Assembly (NCBI GenBank): GCA_000004985.1 | Contig: GG739506.1 | DNA from: Naegleria gruberi | Taxonomy: Eukaryota | DNA: 1,202 nt | Reading direction: 5' to 3' (one strand) | Shown: piece after piece, positions 1 to 1,202 of the stretch | Numbering within the stretch: the stretch's first letter is position 1 | How the letters are laid out: each line of letters opens with the position of its first letter | The notes under the pieces: model-generated | The model's input: only the letters and a program-made list of their open reading frames with translations | Databases searched by the model: none | Told to the model about the DNA's origin: nothing | Translations under genes and position numbers: made by a program

Positions 1-642
1 GTTCACCCAAAATGAAATACCAAGAGCAGCAGCATTAAATGTAACAAATATTGATGCAGAAACAATTGCTAGAGGTCTACTAAAATAAAAAGTTACTGTA
101 GAAATTAGAAGCTTATAAACTGAAAATATATGCAGAGGTAATGTAGGTCCATAGCTTATTTGACACAAAATTTGCAGCATTCCCACCACTGCACTCCTTG
201 TCATATTCACATATATAAAATGGTTCAAATTTGTTACCATATTCTTAATGAAAATATTGAGTGAAATATGAAATGCATGCTCAACCAACGTAATGATAAA
301 GAAAACTGCAGGTCCTTTAGACCAACAAAATGTCAAGCCAAATAAAAAAGGGAGAACCACAAGATAAGTTCCAATTTGAGAGTGATATTTCTGATGTTGT
401 TTCACTTGGTCAAATAATTCAGAATTGTTATCCGAAGCATTGTTTATATTTGGTGGTGGTGGTTTGTCAGATGATTTATCGGGTGTTGAAGAAAAAGGCT
501 TTTCCGAAGGTATCAGATCATCACAACTACTCTTCGTTGATGATAGAGATGAGGAGGAAGATGACGGGGCTAGCACTACTACTCGTCGGCGATCCAATTG
601 TTGTGCACAACTCTGATTGTTGTTATTGGTGTCGGAAACCAT
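1..642 (-). CDS. 5'-complete, 3'-truncated ORF (continues past position 1): predicted multi-pass integral membrane protein with a Ser/Pro/Asn-rich low-complexity N-terminal region; family not recognised
   Basis: Hand translation of the minus strand in the frame whose codons occupy 1-3, 4-6, ...: ATG at 642..640 in the context AAAAAAAAGCACCAAACAAA-ATG-G (A at -3, A-rich leader). The nearest upstream in-frame stop is TGA at 708..706, with no intervening ATG. From there the frame is open for 214 codons to the window edge: MVSDTNNNNQSCAQQLDRRRVVVLAPSSSSSSLSSTKSSCDDLIPSEKPFSSTPDKSSDKPPPPNINNASDNNSELFDQVKQHQKYHSQIGTYLVVLPFLFGLTFCWSKGPAVFFIITLVEHAFHISLNIFIKNMVTNLNHFIYVNMTRSAVVGMLQILCQISYGPTLPLHIFSVYKLLISTVTFYFSRPLAIVSASIFVTFNAAALGISFWVN... 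A 642-nt stop-free frame in ~65% AT DNA is very unlikely by chance. Hydrophobic stretches of 18-25 residues (IGTYLVVLPFLFGLTFCW; AVFFIITLVEHAFHISLNIFI; AVVGMLQILCQISY; LAIVSASIFVTF.AAALGISFWV) indicate transmembrane helices. Yeast-like codon choice (TTG, AGA, GCT, GGT, ATT). It is absent from the ORF track only because no stop lies inside the window. Confidence 0.8.
   Translation of the reverse strand, partial: MVSDTNNNNQSCAQQLDRRRVVVLAPSSSSSSLSSTKSSCDDLIPSEKPFSSTPDKSSDKPPPPNINNASDNNSELFDQVKQHQKYHSQIGTYLVVLPFLFGLTFCWSKGPAVFFIITLVEHAFHISLNIFIKNMVTNLNHFIYVNMTRSAVVGMLQILCQISYGPTLPLHIFSVYKLLISTVTFYFSRPLAIVSASIFVTFNAAALGISFWVN
440..600 (-). repeat. In-frame low-complexity / trinucleotide tracts within the N-terminal coding region: (TGG)4 at 451..462 encoding PPPP, and GAGGAGGAAG / AGAGATGAGGAGGAAGATGA at 541..564 encoding a poly-Ser run
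   Basis: On the minus strand, CCACCACCACCA gives PPPP, and TCATCTTCCTCCTCATCTCTATCATCA gives SSSSSSLSS. The surrounding context is STKSS...SSTPDKSSDK. These are simple-sequence codon repeats of the kind that expand or contract by slippage. Confidence 0.5.
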
Positions 643-800
643 TTTGTTTGGTGCTTTTTTTTGTTGGTTGTTAATTTGGCTATAGTCGAAGCAGTAGTTG
701 TGGGCTCAATGTAGTTCTTTTAGGTGGAGATTCTTCTAAATAATTACAAAATTAGCAACTCGGTTATATGAAAGATTTGCAAAGAGGCGTCAAGAGGTGA
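643..800 (-). promoter_or_regulatory. Probable core promoter / 5' UTR of the membrane-protein gene, including an A8 tract at -13..-20 and a TATA-like ATATAA at ~764..769 (minus strand)
   Basis: Sits directly upstream of the ATG at 642. T8 at 655..662 on the plus strand equals an A8 leader on the minus strand. Plus-strand TTATATG at 764..770 reads CATATAA on the minus strand, about 125 bp upstream of the ATG. A second AT-rich block, TAAATAATTACAAAATTAG, lies at 737..755. Yeast TATA elements typically sit 40-120 bp upstream of the TSS, so placement is plausible but unproven. Confidence 0.4.
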
Positions 801-850
801 GTTTTGTTTAATTAATTTACAAAAAGATGATTTAAATTACAAAGAGGTTT
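776..850. repeat. Short direct-repeat motif cluster in the intergenic spacer: CAAAGAGG at 780..787 and 840..847 (60-bp spacing), degenerate CAAGAGG at 791..797; TTACAAA at 744..750, 817..823, 837..843
   Basis: Direct reading gives tttgCAAAGAGGcgtCAAGAGGtgag (776..800) and aattaCAAAGAGGttt (835..850), plus aaTTACAAAatt (742..753), ttTTACAAAaag (815..826), aaTTACAAAgagg (835..847). On the minus (gene) strand the 8-mer reads CCTCTTTG. Confidence 0.4.
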
Positions 851-928
851 CAATCAATTGATTATTGGGATTACTGTACTACTGAGTAGTTCACTGCTAA
901 GGTACCAATAGTTAAATGTCTTATTAGC
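800..928 (-). terminator. Probable 3' UTR / polyadenylation region of the Sec14-like gene
   Basis: Immediately downstream (minus sense) of the TGA at 931..929. It is AT-rich and, read on the minus strand, contains yeast-type poly(A)-signal-like elements: GCTAATAAGACATTTAACTATT, TAATTTAAATCATCTTTTTGTAAATTAATTAAAC. The boundaries are approximate and the poly(A) site cannot be placed from sequence alone. Confidence 0.35.
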
Positions 929-1202
929 TCAACTGTCTTCATTGAATTTCACTGTTGCTTTTCCACCAAATTGAGTTGGAACATTTTCTATTTCTAACAG
1001 ATCATCCACTTCATTAACATCATAGGCTACTTTGATTTTGTCATATGTTTTCTTATCTACAAATGGTGAAATCATCTTGAGCATAATCTTGTAGGTCCAA
1101 TTAGGACTATATACAACAACAGAACTCAATCTCTCTGCATAATAATTGGAAATTCTCAAAAATTCTTTGATAATGGCTACATCACAATTCTTCATAGCAA
1201 TG
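929..1202 (-). CDS. C-terminal part of a Sec14-like (CRAL-TRIO domain) phosphatidylinositol/phosphatidylcholine transfer protein; 5' end lies beyond the right edge; stop TGA at 931..929
   Basis: The track ORF 929..1195 (-) translates to ...RISNYYAERLSSVVVYSPNWTYKIMLKMISPFVDKKTYDKIKVAYDVNEVDDLLEIENVPTQFGGKATVKFNEDS*. From memory this matches the end of the Sec14/CRAL-TRIO lipid-binding domain of S. cerevisiae Sec14 (…[69 protein letters not shown]…), sharing the NYYxER, KPF(L/V)D, (K/Q)I and LP/VP-x-x-FGGK signatures. The codons before the track's 'M' (1201..1196 give His-Cys) are sense codons, so the ORF is open to the window edge and the real start is upstream. Confidence 0.85.
   Translation of the reverse strand, partial: IAMKNCDVAIIKEFLRISNYYAERLSSVVVYSPNWTYKIMLKMISPFVDKKTYDKIKVAYDVNEVDDLLEIENVPTQFGGKATVKFNEDS

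Noticed and set aside
425-616. Plus-strand ORF of 63 aa (…GGGGLSDDLSGVEEKGFSEG…EEEDDGASTTTRRRS…)
   Set aside because: Same reason: it is the reverse-complement image of the poly-Ser/poly-Pro tract (GGTGGTGGTGG gives GGGG; GAGGAGGAAGATGA gives EEEDD) and is nested inside another shadow ORF.
330-674. Plus-strand ORF of 114 aa from the supplied track (MSSQIKKGEPQDKF…LVLFFVGC)
   Set aside because: It lies entirely antisense to the much longer minus-strand ORF (1..642). Its translation is compositionally odd (runs of VVVV and CC..C, no coherent hydrophobic or domain pattern). It stays open only because the sense strand encodes low-complexity Ser/Pro/Asn codons whose complements avoid stops. It is a shadow ORF.
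797-802. GTGAGT, a 5' splice-site-like hexamer
   Set aside because: It lies in the intergenic spacer, not in an ORF. The yeast consensus is GTATGT with a downstream TACTAAC branch point, which is absent. I see no intron signals interrupting either CDS.
878-890. Inverted repeat ACTACTGAGTAGT as a rho-independent-style transcription terminator hairpin
   Set aside because: The loop would be a single nucleotide and there is no following U-run. The context is eukaryotic, where 3' ends are made by cleavage and polyadenylation.
1193-1195. The ATG at 1195..1193 as the start of the Sec14-like protein
   Set aside because: It is an artefact of ORF calling. The frame continues with sense codons (His-Cys) to the window edge, and 88 aa is only the tail of a CRAL-TRIO domain. 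The true start is off-window.
1-1202. Prokaryotic or phage interpretation, including a defence island, CRISPR array, mobile element or RNA gene
   Set aside because: There are no RBS-like purine tracts before the starts, no CRISPR-type repeats or IS-type terminal inverted repeats, and no tRNA-like structure. Homopolymeric Ser/Asn/Pro coding, an A-rich leader before the ATG and a Sec14 homologue all point to a yeast nuclear locus of ordinary housekeeping character.

Overview
The window is AT-rich and reads as budding-yeast-type nuclear DNA: Ser/Asn/Pro homopolymer-like coding tracts, A-rich context before the ATG, no Shine-Dalgarno sequences. It holds two tandem genes, both on the minus strand. 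(1) Positions 1..642 (-) are a 5'-complete ORF that the supplied track misses because it runs off the left edge. Its ATG is at 642..640, with an in-frame TGA upstream at 708..706. It is open for at least 214 codons and encodes an ~90-aa Ser/Pro/Asn-rich N-terminus followed by several hydrophobic helices. I call it a multi-pass membrane protein but do not recognise the family. (2) Positions 929..1202 (-) are the C-terminal ~90 codons of a Sec14-like (CRAL-TRIO) lipid transfer protein that ends ...VPTQFGGKATVKFNEDS-TGA. The ORF stays open through the right edge, so the 'M' at 1195 in the track is internal. The 286-bp spacer 643..928 should contain the 3' end/poly(A) region of gene 2 and the promoter/5'UTR of gene 1. 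It carries short direct-repeat motifs (CAAAGAGG x2 plus CAAGAGG; TTACAAA x3). The two plus-strand ORFs in the track (330..674, 425..616) are antisense shadows of gene 1's low-complexity region. I see nothing resembling a defence system, mobile element, CRISPR array or RNA gene; this looks like ordinary housekeeping chromosome.
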